Origin: Eledone cirrhosa | Lineage: Eukaryota | DNA: 64,000 nucleotides | Assembly (NCBI GenBank): GCA_964016885.1 | Contig: OZ024743.1 | Coordinates: 335,978,001 to 336,042,000 of the forward strand | Direction: 5' to 3' | Part shown: positions 12,901 to 27,300 of the stretch, in pieces | Position numbering within the stretch: the first letter of the stretch is position 1 | Layout: each line of letters starts with the position of its first letter | Position numbers and translations under genes: made by a program | The notes under the pieces: model-generated | Seen by the model: only the letters and a program-made list of their open reading frames with translations | The model's database searches: none | What the model was told of the DNA's origin: nothing

Positions 12901-13349
12901 GGGATAAACTCTACAGGCACGGAAGTGCTGTCAGACGGACCTGCCCAAGATGCGCACAGAACGACGAAACCGTTCTGCACGCACTTGACCAATGTCCGTG
13001 CATTACTGACTTGTGGAGTTATGTCGAACAGCTACTGTCGCGTGTGGAACGAATCCGGCTATCGGCCGAGTCCATAGTGAAGATCGAGCCGCCACCTTCC
13101 TTAGGCCAGGAAGAGCAGGACATTTTCCTCTGTCTGGTGGAAGTTGCGAAAGAGATTATATGGTGGACCAGGTTGAATGGACTAAAGACAGACACTTTAC
13201 TCTTCGGCCAATCCCTCATCAACTTATTCAAGTTTCACCTGGTGAGGGTGGAGAGAGAGGTGCTGCCCCCCAGTACATTTGCTAAAAGGTGGGTGAATGT
13301 GGCGAGAATGGCTCGTGTGAATGGGCCTACTCTGACCATGCGCCTATAG
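9942..13349 (+). pseudogene. B1 ORF2 (APE endonuclease + RT + CCHC), disrupted
   Basis: GVAVLF, VYAP, SYIDRIF, SDH (APE); KSPGLDGLP, RQGC, AYADG (DD mutated); multiple stops and frameshifts. Confidence 0.92.
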
Positions 13350-13613
13350 GTTGGCTAACTTGAGGAGAGGGGTGCTTTCCTGAGTGCCGTAGAAGCGCAG
13401 GGTGGTTCAGGATTGGTGGGGTACGCGAATCATCCCAGGGTCGTCCACCCCTATCGGGGAATTTATTTTGTTATATTTATGCATAGTTTATTTTATATTT
13501 TTATATTTTCATTGTTAAATTAGTCTTGCCATTGTGCACTTTTACTCGACCTTATTGTAAACCCCCACTGTCCCTGTCTTTGTATTGTCCCCCTTGTGGC
13601 TAATAAATGAAAT

Positions 13614-13614
<1 letters not shown>

Positions 13615-13645
<31 letters not shown>

Positions 13646-13662
13646 TTATTATTATTATTATT
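13615..13662. repeat. (ATT)n spacer
   Basis: Direct reading; other (ATT)n spacers at 8039-8052, 19534-19585, 23759-23787, 24307-24365, 28918-28930, 29238-29309 and 35176-35220. Confidence 0.95.
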
Positions 13663-13871
13663 TGCGACCTACGTAGTAAATCGTATCATCGTGAGCTCCG
13701 CAAAGGTTTGTTATTTCCGTTTGTTAAAAATTGCCATTTATGGAAAATTTTATTGTTAACTGTTTATAAGCACACATACATTGTTTTCCGAAAAGGACAC
13801 CCAAAAAAGATTGGGGCCTTGTGCCCAAAATTTTAACTTTTATTATTATCCAAAAATTTCTTTGAAAAAAA

Positions 13872-15835
13872 TTGGCTAATTCCCCTCTGCACGAAGCAGC
13901 TGAAAGCCTTCCTCACAAAATAACACCTCACACCGACACCACCATTGTAAATGTTACTACGTTTGCCAACACAAAAAAAAATATAAGCAGTAGCAATATT
14001 TTAAATTTGTCTCAGGCAGACATTCATTTCCCGCCATTGCCAATGACTGCAGGTGTTAAAGCCTCCACCACCACCACCACCGCGACAACCACCACCCCCA
14101 GCACCACCGCGACAACAGAAACAAAAGAAGAAAAAATAAATTAACTCGTGATGTCGAAATGAAATCAAGCAAAATGGACTCTTCCGCACCAAAGACGACT
14201 GACGTCACCACCACCACAACTGAAACTAAAATTAATATTAACACAAATAACGATAGCAACAACAACAACAATGACATTATAAAACCCCCCCTCAGTTTCG
14301 CCATAGTAGCAAAACAATTTGAAGCATTCACGGTAACTCAAGACGATTTAGAAAATGCCAAACAAATGGTAAAGAAAAATGGGTACAGGGTCAGCGTCCC
14401 CCCCCCCCCCCACCTAATAAAATGGAGCATCGGCGCCTATGCACCGTGTCGTATAGAACAATAAATGTAAAATCGCGCCGAGTGGAACGGGCATCCGAGT
14501 CCCAAATCCAAAAAGCTTTGGGACATGTGTGGGCAAGAAAAACCCACATCAGACGTGGGCCAAAGTATGGAACCGTGGATGTGTTCTTTGAAACACCAGA
14601 GGAGGCTAGAGAACACTCCATGGCCCCATTAAAAAGTGACGACTTCACACTCGTCCCAAGCTATTGTGGCCAGAGACTCGTAAAGATCAGGGTGACCCAC
14701 GTTCCACCGGCCATCGAAATTCCCTGGCTAATAGCGGCTGTCCTCGCCGGCATCGAAGCCAACACGAAAATAATAGCAATAGCAAAAGAAAAGCAGGAAA
14801 ACTGGTCCGGATCTGGGATGGAGCTCCTAATCCAAGCGGACCAAAAAAGCATTGAGGAGATCCCAGAGGTAATAGACCTCACTGACGGCAGCCACCTCAC
14901 GGTAATTGTCGAGGGCAGAAGACCTAGGTGTGTCGTTTGTGGTGAAGGAACCCACCTAAGGGCTTTCTGCCCTCAGGCTAAAAGGTTGAGGCCACCTCTC
15001 CTACCCACCCCAGTGACACAACCATCAACACCACCAGTAGCAGAGATGGCAGCAACAACTGTAGCAGCAACAACAGAAGCAACTATAACAGCAACAACCC
15101 CAGCAACAGTAGCAAAACCAACACCACCCAACGCTTCAGAACTAGCACCAGCGCCTACACCATCCACCACACCACAACCAAAACTAACGGCTGTGGAGGA
15201 TTTTCCACTCCCCGGCCTATCACAACTGGAGACAGATTGGGACGACGAGGAGTGGGAAACGATATCCGGAAAAAAAAAGAAACCAAAAAAGAAAAAATTC
15301 TCTTCCTTCCCCCTCCAAAAACAAAATACAGAGGGAAACAAATAAATTAAGAAACAAAAAAGTTAGGACAGATATGCCACCATCCACACCAGCATCACCA
15401 ACCCCATCAACCCAAACACCAACACCATCACCATCATTAACCCCAGCACCACCATCACCTACACCACAAAAGTCACCAAAATGCGAAACAGAAACAAACC
15501 CACAACAAACGCAAACAAAACAAAACAACCAAAACGATACACACTACACAGCATTAAATTTGAAAAACAAGCAATTATTACACTACATCCAACACAACAC
15601 CAGCATCACAGAAAAAGACTACACAACAACCCCAAAATTCACACCACCTCCACACATACAAATCACTCGCATCACACAGAAAACGTACATGACACTAAAA
15701 CAAAAATTCCCCAAAGACATCGGAGACTTCCGACAAGCACTCTCCAGGAGGATTTATAAGGACATCCTTCCTGAGGAGGCCACAAGCAGTGAAAAGGATG
15801 GAAAAACCGTCCTTCCCCTACGAGAAGTAAGGTAA
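13872..15835 (+). pseudogene. B2 copy 1 ORF1 (zinc knuckle; frameshifts in homopolymers)
   Basis: GRRPRCVVCGEGTHLRAFC; pieces 13872-14144, 14159-14464, 14422-15345 and 15374-15835 can be joined by 1-nt shifts. Confidence 0.85.
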
Positions 15836-15869
15836 GTGGTCTTTCCCATCTTTTCCACTCCTTTTCAAC

Positions 15870-18800
15870 ATGACCTCACTCAGAATAGGCAGCATAAATG
15901 CGCGTGGCTTGGGGTCGTCATGGAAGCAGGGCCACCTGCTCAACGACCTCAGGTCACTAAACATAGATGTAGTGGCCATCAGCGAGACCAGAATCTCCGA
16001 AGCACAGGCTTTCGCACCGATCTTCGGCGGTTACGATGTGTACGCATCTCCCAGCCGTCCGGGATCGGGGGGAGGAGTTGCTGTGCTTTTTCGGAGAGGT
16101 TTGGATCTTGCCATACGGGCCATCTTCCTGGACCCAGAAGGTAAGTTGGTGGTGCTGGACGTGACCAGCGGAGACGGGCAAGCTTTCAGGTTAGTGGCCG
16201 TCTATGCCCCGACAGGAGCAGAGCGGCCTGATTTCTTCCGGCGTCTGGAGACCTTTCTTGGAACGTCCCGCTCTTTAGTGTTAGTGGGCGACTGGAACGG
16301 GATCTTAGATGCACGCTTGGATTGTGTGGGATTAGTAGATAGGGAAGGAGGGTGCAAGAGTCTCACCAACCTGCTCAGACGTTTTGAACTGTCTGACAGG
16401 TACCGAATGGATTTCCCGAATGTACCAATGTGGACTTGGACAAATCGCATAGGGTCATCCAGATCATATCTAGATAGAGTATTTTGTAGGGAAATAGATA
16501 GGTCTAGCATAGGATGTCCACAATTCAAGATAGTCAGCTACACGGACCACAAATTCGTGATCTGTGTGCTTGACTTAGATAGGCTTCATAGACGAGGACC
16601 CGGCTACTGGAAGTTAAACGCGTCCTTACCAGCGCGCAAGGCCTACAGAGACCGGATTAGCGAACTAGTTAAGCGGGCGTTGACGGGGGGCCATCGTCAA
16701 CAACAAGTGGTGGTTTGCTCTGAAAAGAGCAATTAGAATAGAGTCCATTAGGTTTAGTAAGACTTTAGCAATAGAGAAAAATAGAGCAGAGGGAGAATTA
16801 GTTAGAAAATTAGATGAGGCGATTAGCAAAGGCATCGCGACCGACGTACTTGCGGCGAATTTGGCCCTTGACCAATTCTTCAATGCAAAGCACGAAGGCT
16901 GCGTTGTCAGAGCTAGGGTGCGTGCTCTCAGACACGAGGGGACGAAAGCCGTTCAATGGGCCCGAGTGGCGGAGGCGCGTCGTGGCAACAAAGCCACGAT
17001 CCGGTCTTTGGTGGACCACGACGGGCGCATGCTACTCGATCCCGGGCAAATGTGTGAAGCTTTTCAGCGACACTTCGCTCAACTGTTCGGGGGCAGTGGC
17101 GGGCCGGATCGAGGGATGGACTTTAGTGTCTACCTCGACGGACTGCCGCGGCTTTCGGCCACTGAGGCGGAGTGTTGCGAAAAGCCGATAACAACCGCTG
17201 AAGTACGGGATGCAATGACTAGTTGCACAAGGAGTAAATCGCCTGGTTTGGATGGTCTGACCTATGAACTTTACGTACAAATGCCAAACTTGTTCGGAGG
17301 CCTCTTGGCGGACGTCTACTGCAACTGGCAACAGAACGGGAGAATTCCCAGCTCTGTGAGCCGAGGAGCGGTGGCGCTGCTGAGAAAGGATCCGAACAAG
17401 GAGGATAACATAGATAATTTTAGGCCCATAACTCTGCTAAACACAGAGTTCAAGATTTTGGCCAAGGTGCTAGCAAAGAGGTTGGCGCTTGTCGTTGGTG
17501 GTCTGGTGGGAGAGGCACAGACATGCGCCATTCCCGACAGATTCATCCACGACAACCTCCACCTCATGCGATACATCGTAGAGAGGGTAGCTAGGGAATC
17601 TGGCACGGGTGGGTCTTTGATCAATTTAGATCAGTCGAAAGCCTTCGATAGGGTCGACCATCGTTACCTAGCGGCAGTCCTGAGGGCGGCTGGCTTTGGG
17701 CCCGTCTTCAGAGGCTGGATCGCTGCCATGCACAGCGACATCTGCTCTGTAGTGAGAGTGAACGGTTACCTTTCGGAACCGTTCAACATCATGCGCTCGG
17801 TCCGCCAAGGATGACCCCTCTCGTCCCTATTGTACGTATTGACTCTCGAGCCATTACTGCACAAACTGGAGACGTTGAGGGGGGTCCCGCGCGAACTAAG
17901 ATGCGGAAGATCCGTGTCAGCATATGCCGACGATGTCACCGTAGTGGTGTCGAACGCCAAACACATCGAGGCGATCGGCACTACACTAAGAGAATACGAA
18001 GCGGTGACAGGAGCAATGATCAACCAGGAAAAGTCAGTGGGCCTGCAGCTCGGCACCTGGAGAGGCAGGTCCATGCCGTCCAACAGCGTCGTCGGGCGCT
18101 GGACGGACGGACCGGTTAAATTGATAGGGGTCTGGTTCGGTCCAGACCTCCAGACGGACAAAAAATGGGACGAGGTGACGAGCAGGGTGGCTTCTCTCAC
18201 CCAGAAATGGGCCGAGAGGAAGCTATCCCTGAAAGGTCGAGCGGAGGTGGCGAATGCGTACATCGCATCCGTCATCTACTACCGCCTGACCGTCGTACCT
18301 TGTCCTAAGCCCCGCCTGACTGCGCTGGAGCGTTTGCTCTTTCGCTTCTTGTGGAAGGGACGCGCTCCGATGGTCAGGCGGTCCATCTGCTGTCAACACC
18401 CGCTACGTGGAGGGCTGGGCATGCCGTGGCTGATGATGCGCAGACACGCGCCCAGGCTACGACATCTCCACCTCTTCCTCGACGGTGATCAGGTGTGGTC
18501 GCCGTTTGCAAGACACGTTTTTCCCCAGCTCGTCTCCTTGACGGAGCTGCAGTCCTGGGTCAAGCGAAACCGAGAGGGAGCGCTTGGAGACTGGAATGTC
18601 TTCAGGCGCTCACAGCCCTCGACCAATCGGGCAATGTGATCGGTGGAAACTCCACCTTGGCGTTCTATTGGAGATTAGTGGAGGGGAAGAGCGACGACGT
18701 ACTTGGAGAAACTCTAGGCGTCGACGAAAATCAACTAGCCAATCTCTTCGGAAGGACTTTCGGGCCGGGGCCTATGGACAACTTCCAGAAACCCCTGGCC

Positions 18801-19289
18801 TGGCAGTGCTACCGAGGAGCTTTGCCAGTTCGGGATAAACTCTACAGGCATAGAGGTGCCGTCAGCCGGGCATGTCCGAGATGCGCGCAGGGCGACGAAA
18901 CCGTCCTGCACGCACTCGTCCAGTGTCCGAGCATTGCTGACTTGTGGGTTTATGTCGAACACCTGCTGTCACGTGTAGGACGTATCCGGCTATCAGCTGA
19001 GTCCATCGTGAGGATTGCCCCGCCCCCTTCCTTTAGCCTGGAAGGGCAGGCAGTTTTTATCTGTCTGGTGGCCATGGCGAAAGAGATAGTATGGTGGACA
19101 CGTTTGAAAGGGCTGAAGACGAGCACTTACCTCTTCGGTGATGCCCTGATTAACTTTTTCAAATTTCATTTGAAAAGGAAAATCAGGGTAGAGAGGGAAG
19201 TGCTCTCTTCCCAGCATTTTGTTGAAAGATGGGTGAGAGAAGCAAGTATGGCCCGAATGAATGGGCCTTCTCTGAGTATGTGTCTGTAA
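15870..19289 (+). pseudogene. B2 copy 1 ORF2 (APE-RT-CCHC)
   Basis: SINARGL, ISET, GDWN, SYLDR, TDH; LDQSKAFDRV, VRQG-stop (TGA at 17812-17814), AYADD; CPRC..HALVQC; two frameshifts. Confidence 0.93.
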
Positions 19290-19532
19290 ATTAAAGGTGG
19301 AAAACTGGGAGAGGGCACTTGCCCTGGTGGTCAGGGCCACTGTGGTCTTTTAATTGGCTTTCTCCACAAATGTCCCTTGGAAGTCTCCCCCCTATTGGGG
19401 AATTTTTCTTTGTTATTTTATTTCAACCTCTGTTCTTTTTACACGCAGAAATGCCCATTTGTACCGTCCTGTATTGTCCTGTACTGTCCTTAATGTCTAC
19501 TTTATGTAAGCCCTTGTGGTTAATAAAGAAAA

Positions 19533-19581
<49 letters not shown>

Positions 19582-19585
19582 GTTG

Positions 19586-22500
19586 TTCTTTGAGTCTCAG
19601 TCATTGATGTCAGTTAACTGGAAAGTTTGTTGAGATGAATATCAAGCCACTACCTGCAGCCTCAGATATTCAGGACGTATCGGAGGGTTCTTGCTGTTCC
19701 CAGCAAGCATGCCTTTTGAAGCGTTCCAAAAAGCGTGAAGGGGCCAATTTTCTTTAACCATCCCTGGAAACTTTTTGAGATAGTACCTAGTGCGCCTATG
19801 ACAATCGGGACCACTTTGACTTCATGGAAGTTCCAAATCCTTTTTACCTCCCACTTTAAGTCCTGGTATCGGTTAATTTTCTCCCTCTCCTTCTCTTGCA
19901 CTCTCGTGTCGAATGAGCAGGCCACATCCACAATCAGGCACGATCTTTTTTCTTTGTCCAAAACCACCAGGTGAGGTCTATTGTGTTCCAGTTTCTTGTC
20001 CGTCTGTATCCTAAAATCCCACAGCACTTTCATCTGATCGTTTTCTATCACCGACTCTGGCTTATGCTCATACCACTTCTTAGAATGTGGTAAATTGTTT
20101 ACTTTGCATAGGTGCCAGTGGATCACCCTACCCATCACATCATGTCTCCAGCCCTTATAGTGAGTCTGGGCTAGGTGTTTACACTAGGATACAATGTGAG
20201 CCACAGACTCCTCTCTCTCTCCACAGATCCTGCACAGTGAGCTAGCCTCCTCCTTGTAAATATGGTGTTTCAACCACTTCGTTTTGAGTGCCTGCTCTTG
20301 CGCAGCCATTAACATTCCTTCTGTAGCCTTTTTAAGGTCTCCTCTTTTCAACCAGTTCCATGTCTGTGGATCTCTGAATTCAGTTTTCTCAAAGAAGGTA
20401 TTATGAAGGGATTTTTCATGAAGGTTGCTCTTTCTCCTTGTTGTTATTTCCTCCTTCGACATCCCCTGGTCTATTGTCCTCTCCTTCAGTACAGTTCTGA
20501 GCATTGGTTCCTTACTATCAGTCACGTATTTGTGTAGGTTGTTTTTCTCCATCTGAACACAGTCCTCTATGCTGATAAGACATCTTCCACCTTCAGATCT
20601 CCTTAAGTAGAGTCTATCGACATCACTCCTCTTGTGGAACATGTTGTAGATAGTCAATAGCTTCCTAGTCTTCCTATCCATTTCTTTTTGTTCAGCAACA
20701 TTCCATCTCAGAATTCCCGCACTGTACCTAATAATAGACAGAGCTCTGGAATTTACTGCACTTATGGCATTCCTACTGTTCAGATGTGACTTTAATACGC
20801 TCCTTACTCTCCGAATGTATTCAGTTCTTATCAATTTCTTCATTTTTTTGTTCTTGATGTCATCAGCCTCCAGAACACCCAAATACTTGTATTCTTCTTC
20901 AGTGTCAATTTCCTTTATCATCTCACCTGTTGGTACCTGGATTCCGTTGCTTCTGCTCAATTTACCCCTCTTCATCACAAGGAATCCACATTTACTAATA
21001 CCAAATTGCATACATATATGATTGCTGAAAATACGGACAGTGTCAATAAGCACATCCAACTCCATCTCACCCTTCCCGAAGAACTTAAGATCGTCCATGA
21101 AGACGAGATGATTGATGGTAAGCTCTCCCTTTCCCAACTTGTATCCTGCTCTCACTTTTCGCAGTATAATGGTCAGGGGCATCAGGGCAAGGACAAACAC
21201 CAGAGGGGACAGACTATCTCCCTGGAAGATACCTCTCTTGATCTTCACGCCTCCCAAGGATTCTCCAGCTGATGTTAACTCTGTTTCCCAGGACTTCATA
21301 CTTTTGACCAACAACTGTCTGATGTTATCTGCCATCTTGAAGATCTCCAGGCTTTTGGTGATCCAAGAATGAGGCACCATGTCAAATGCCTATTTGTAGT
21401 CTATCCATCCCATGGCAAGACCAGTGTGTCTCCTCTTGCAATTCCTCATTACCATCTTATCAATAAGTAACTGGTCCTTTGTACCACGGGACTTCTTTCG
21501 GCATCCTTTCTGTTCGTCCGGTAACAAGTTGTTTGTGTGGAGGTGATGGTAGATTTCCTCATACATAATGCTTGTCAACAGTTTCCACATTACGGGCAGA
21601 CATGTGATAGGTCTATAGTTGGTAACATCATTACCCTTGATTCGGTCCTTCATTACCAGAACTGTGGTACCTTTTGTCAACCACTCTGGTACCTCACCTG
21701 ACATCAAGTAGTCATTGAACATGGTTGTCAGTTTCGGGTGGAGGGATGTTATATTTTTAATCCAATACCCCTGCACACCATCTGGGCCTGGTGATTTCCA
21801 GTTGGTTAGTTTTTTGGCCTGCCCCTTGAGAGTTTCAACTGTGATACTCAAATCAGTTTGTTGGTGTGCCTGTTCACTAATCTCCTTTTGTACTGTCTCA
21901 ATCCACACTGCCTGGTCATTATGTTTAACACCCTACTCCCATGTTCCTCTCCAGAATGTTTTAGTTTGTTCCGCCTCAGGGATCAAGTCGTTGCCTCTTT
22001 CTTTCCCCTCAAGCTGTCCAAACAGTATCTTCTGGTTTTTGTCAAACATGCGGTTCTGTCTATACTGACTGACTCTGCTCTCGTATCGCCTAATGTTTGC
22101 ACTCTTTGCTACAATGCGTTGCTTCAGTTCCTCTATGATAATATTTAACTTTTTCCTCCTAGTTTTGTACTTTATTTCCAGTCTATTTTTAGTGTCTATG
22201 TTTTTTAGTGTCCCATTCAGTAGGGACTCAAGCTTTCCAATGTCATTTCTCATTTCCCTGAATTGACCACTCAGTCGTTTCTTCCACCAAGGCCCTGATT
22301 TTTCTTGTTTGTTGTTTCCTCTCGCTTTTATACCAAGTAATTTCCTCACCGCATGTGCTGTTGCTTTGAGGATATTGTTGCACTGGTGAAGGCTCCTCGC
22401 CCGAAGGTATGGGATGACTTTGTTTACCTTAGCTGTTGTTTCTTTTAACTTTTTCCTGTCTACAAATCTTAGGTTCATAGGTCTCCCACTATCATTGTTC

Positions 22501-23758
22501 AATTCATCTACCACTAAGTTTAGGATATCAACCAAATCTTGTCCTAGCCCGTCAGCATTCATCTCCTCAATGGCCGTATCTTTGTTCCAGGTATTATTTA
22601 TTTCAGCATTCAGATCATTGTCTGCTTCGGGTGGTTCCTCCATTCTCAGGACCTCTTCACCTTCATTTCCCACTGGCTCGTTTGCCTGGCATACTCCACT
22701 CTCCATTTCCAAGCTAATCTCTCTGCTCAGTTCCTCCAGCTCCAGCTCGCTTATCCACCCATTAGTTCTTATTACCCGAGCCTGCCCGGTAAATTTATCA
22801 TCTCCGGTGGTTTCGTCACTCCACGTGATTTTTGTGTGGCATTATCACGTTGTAGACGGACATAAATAAACAAACAAACAGGCAAAAAAAAACATCCAAA
22901 AATGAATAAGCATAAGTTTCATTGTAATGTAATGTTTGATTGTCTGACTTAGTTTTTCCCTTCCCTTCTCTGTCCGTCTGTTTGTTTTTCTCTTTATTTT
23001 TCTTTTCTTTAAGTTTTTCGTTGTTGCTGTGCTGCTTTGATTTTGATTTTTGGGTTTTTTGATTTTTTGACCGGGTCATCAATTCAGTCTATTTATATAT
23101 TTTGATGCCTTCCTCTTTTAGTGGGGACACTACGATGCATGTGTTAGCAGGAGGTAGTGGTAGAGAATAGTGGCGGTAGTGGTAATGAGGCAGTGGTGGT
23201 GGTGGTGGTGGTGGTGCTGTGCTAGTAGTACTTAGTAGGAGGTAGTGGGAGAGAATAGCGGCGGTAGCGATAATGAGGCAGTGGTGATGGTGATGTGATC
23301 GTAGTACTGTAGTGATGATGGTGTTGAAGTTGAAGTAGAAATAGAAGTTGAGGCAACTTGACCAGAGTTTTTAGCGTGGTAGTGGTGGTGGTGGTAGTGA
23401 AATTGCCGTTATCTGGCTGTTGTATTTAGTGTACACAGGGGGTGATGGGATAGGTGGTGTATCTAGTTTGTGGTGTTGGTGAAATTGCTGTTATTTGGCT
23501 GTTCTATATAGTGTAGACAGAGGGGGTTTTCTTCCATTTATAACCATTTTCTTTTTTGAATATAACAGGTATAATACAAAATTAAATATTTGAGCGATAT
23601 AACAGAATATTATGGATCCGAATTTTCTGATGGTTGAGTCCGGTGCTTTATATATCATTTGTACTAAGAATTGCTATTTCACAATTGATTTAAATATGTT
23701 AAAAATCAAAAATTTACGGGAGCGATTTCATGACCTTCTATCCACCACGTGCGTCTTC
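19586..23758 (-). mobile_element. R4/Dong-clade RLE element, family C copy 1 (internal deletion of the ORF N-terminus)
   Basis: Homologous to 24366-28917; lacks about 330 bp around the ORF start (junction ~22790); sense-strand (TAA)n on both sides. Confidence 0.92.
19662..22790 (-). pseudogene. family C copy 1 RT-RLE ORF, disrupted
   Basis: NWKSPGPDG, NYRPITCL, WIDYK-stop, GIFQGDSLSP, FMDDLK, CRIC..H, HNRP..D. Confidence 0.92.
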
Positions 23759-23787
23759 TATTATTATATTTATTATTATTGTTATTA

Positions 23788-24306
23788 CTCTTTGAGTCTC
23801 AGTCATTGATGTTAGTTAACTGGAAAGTTTGTTGAGATGAATATCAAGCCACTACCTGCAGCCTCAGATATTCAGGACGTATCGGAGGGTTCTTGCTGTT
23901 CCCAGCAAGCATGCCTTTTGAAGCGTTCCAAAAAGCGTGAAGGGGCCAATTTTCTTTAACCATCCCTGGAAACTTTTTGAGATAGTACCTAGTGCGCCTA
24001 TGACAATCGGGATCACTTTGACTTCATGGCAGTTCCAAATCCTTTTTCCCTCCCAATTTAATTCCTGGTATCGGTTAATTTTCTCCCTCTCCTTCTCTTG
24101 CACTCTCGTGTCGAATGGGCAGGCCACATCCACAATTAGGCACGATCTTTTTTCTTTGTCCAAAACCACAAGGTCAGGTCTATTGTGTTCCAGTTTCTTG
24201 TCCGTCTGTATCCTAAAATCCCACAGCACCTTCACCTGATCGTTTTCTATCACCGACTCTGGCTTATGCTCATACCACTTCTCAGAATGTGGTAAATTGT
24301 TTACTT
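23788..24306 (-). mobile_element. 5'-truncated family C copy 2 (RLE end + 3' UTR)
   Basis: WDFRIQTDKKLEHNRPDLVV..DVACP..GTARTLRYVLNI-stop; truncation point joins directly to (TAA)n. Confidence 0.92.
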
Positions 24307-24365
24307 TTATTATTATTATTATTATTATTGTTATTATTATTATTATTATTATTATTGTTGTTATT

Positions 24366-27300
24366 CCTTGAATCTCAGTCATTGATGTTGGTTAACTGGA
24401 AAGTCCGTTGGAATGAATATCAAGCCACTACCTGCAGCCTCAGATATTCAGGACGTATCGGAGGGTTCTTGCTGTTCCAAGCAAGCATGCCTTTTGAAGC
24501 GTTCCAAAAAGCGTGACGGGGCCGATTTTCTTTAACGATCCCTGGAAACTTTTGGAGATAGTCCCCAGTGCGCCTATGACAATCGGGATCACTTTGACTT
24601 CATGGCAGTTCCAAATCCTTTTCACCTCCCACTTTAGGTCCTGGTATCGGTTAATTTTCTCCCTCTCCTCTTGCACTCTCGTGTCGAAAGGGCAGGCCAC
24701 ACCCACAATCAGACACGATCTTTTTTCTTTGTCCACAACCACCAGGTCAGGTCTATTGTGTTCCAGTTTTTTGTCCGTCTGTATCCTAAAATCCCACAGC
24801 ACCTTCACCTGATTGTTCTCCATCACCGCCTCTGGCCTATGCTCATACCATTTCTCAGAATGTGGTAAATTGTTTACTTTGCACAGGTGCCAGTGGATCA
24901 CCCTGCCCATCACATCGTGTCTCCAGCCCTTATAGTGGGTCTGGGCTAGGTGTTTACACTCGGACACAATGTGAGCCACAGTCTCCTCTCTCTCTCCACA
25001 GATCCTGCACAGTGGGCTAGCCTCCTCCTTGTAAATATGGTGCTTCAACCACTTCGTTTTGAGGGCCTGCTCCTGCGCAGCCATAAGCATTCCTTCTGTA
25101 GCCTTTTTGAGGTCTCCTCTTCTCAACCAGTTCCATGTCTGCGGATCTCTAAATTCAGTTTTCTCAAAGAAGGTACTATGAAGGGATTTTCCCTTAAGGC
25201 TGCTCTTCCTCCTTGATGTTATTTCCTCCTTGGACATCCCCTGGCCTACTGTCCCCTCCTTCAGTACAGTTCTGAGCATTGGCTCCTTACTATAGGTCAC
25301 GTATTTGTATAGGTTGTTTTTCTCCATCTGAACACAGTCCTCTATGCTGATAAGACCTCTTCCCCCCTCAGATCTCCTTAGGTAGAGTCTATCGACATCA
25401 CTCCTCTTGTGGAACATGTTGTAGATAGTCAATAGCTTCCTAGTCTTCCTCTCCATTTCTTTTTGTTCAGCAACATTCCATCTCAGAATTCCCGCACTGT
25501 ACCTAATAATAGACAGAGCTCGGGAATTTACTGCGCTTATGGCATTTCTGCTGTTCAGATGTGACTTCAATACGCTCCTTACTCTCCGAATGTATTCAGT
25601 TCTTAACAATTCCTTAATTTTTTTGTTCTTGATGCCATCAGCCTCCAGAACGCCCAAATACTTGTATCCTTCCTCAGAGTCAATTTCCTTTATCATCTCA
25701 CCTGTTGGTATCTGGATCCCGTTACTTCTGCTCAACCTACCCCTCCTCATCACAATGACTCCACATTTACTAATACCAAACTGCATACATATATCACTGC
25801 TGAAAATACGGACAGTGTCAACAAGCACATCCAACTCCTTCTCACTTTCCCGAAGAGCTTAAGATCGTCCATGAAGACGAGGTGATTGATGGTAAGCTCT
25901 CCCTTTCCCAACTTGTATCCCGCTCTCACTTTTCGCAGCATAATGGTCAAGGGCATCAGGGCAAGGACAAACAACAGAGGGGACAGGCTATCTCCCTGGA
26001 AGATACCTCTATTGATCTTCACGCTTCCCAAGGATACTCCAGTTGATGTCAACTCTGTCTCCCAGGACCCCATACTCCTGCCCAGCAACTGTCTGATGTT
26101 ATCTGCCACCCTGAAGATCTCCAGGCTTTTGGTGATCCAAGAATGAGGCACCATGTCAAATGCCTTTCTGTAGTCTATCCATCCCATGGCAAGATCAGTG
26201 TGTCTCCTCCTGCAATTCCCCATTACCATCTTATCAATAAGCAACTGGTCTTTTGTACCACGTGACTTCTTTCGGCATCCTTTCTGTTCGTCCGGTAACA
26301 AGTTGTTTGTGTGGAGGTGATGGTAGATTTCCTCAGACACAATGCTCGTCAACAGTTTCCACATTACGGACAGACATGTGATAGGTCTATAGTTGGTAAC
26401 ATCATTACCCTTGATTCGGTCCTTCATTACCAGAACTGTGGTACCTTTTGTCAACCACTCTGGCACCTCACACGACACCAAGCAGTCATTGAACATGGCC
26501 GTCAGCTTCGGGTGGAGGGATGTTAAATGTTTAATCCAATACCCCTGCACACCATCTGAGCCTGGTGATTTCCAGTTGGTTAGTTTTTTGGCCTGCCCCT
26601 TAAGAGTTTCAACTGTGATACTCAAATCAGTTTGTTGGTGTGCCTGCTCACCGAACTCCCTCTGTACTGTCTCAATCCACCCTGCCTGGACATTATGTCT
26701 AACATCCTGCTCCCATATTCCTCTCCAGAATGTTTTAGTTTGCTCCGCCCCAGAGATCAAGTCGTTGCCTCTTTCTTTCCCCTCAAGCTGTCCAAACAGC
26801 ATCTTCTGGTTGTTGTCGAACATGCGGTTCTGTTTATACTGACTGACTCTGTTCTCGTATCGCCTGATTTTTGCACTCTTTGCTACAATGCGTTGCTTCA
26901 GTTCCTCTATGATAATATTTAGCTTTTTCCTCCTAGTTTTGTACTTTATTTCCAGTCTATTTTTAGTGCCTAGGTTTTTTAGTGTCCCATTCAGTAGTGA
27001 CTCAAGCTTTCCTATGTCATTTCTCATTTCCCCGATTTGACCACTCAGTCGTTTCTTCCACCACGGCTCTGCTCTTTCTTGTCTGTTGTTTCCTCTCGCT
27101 TTTATACCAAGTAGTTTCCTCACCGTATTTGCTGTTGCTTTGAGGATATTGTTGCACTGGTGAAGGCTCCTCGCCTCAAGGTATGGGATGACTTTGTTTA
27201 CCTTAGCTGTTGTTTCTTTTAACTTTTTCCTGTCTACAAATCTTAGGTTCATAGGTCTCCCACTATCATTGTTCAATTCATCTACCACTAAATTTAGGAT

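Larger units (their letters stand above)
8053..13614 (+). mobile_element. Tx1-like (L1 superfamily) LINE, family B1, probably slightly 5'-truncated
   Basis: Starts after (ATT)n at 8039-8052; ORF1 with zinc knuckle, ORF2 APE-RT-CCHC, AATAAA at 13602, then (ATT)n. Confidence 0.92.
13663..19533 (+). mobile_element. full-length Tx1-like LINE, family B2 copy 1
   Basis: Same 5' start as 29310; ORF1 + ORF2; AATAAA then (ATT)n; near-identical to 29310-35175. Confidence 0.95.

Noticed and set aside
15270-16690. Programmed ribosomal frameshifting at the shared B2 shifts
   Set aside because: Both need +1 in homopolymers, no stimulatory structure is evident, and B1 is broken at different bases; a shared mutation or sequencing error is simpler.
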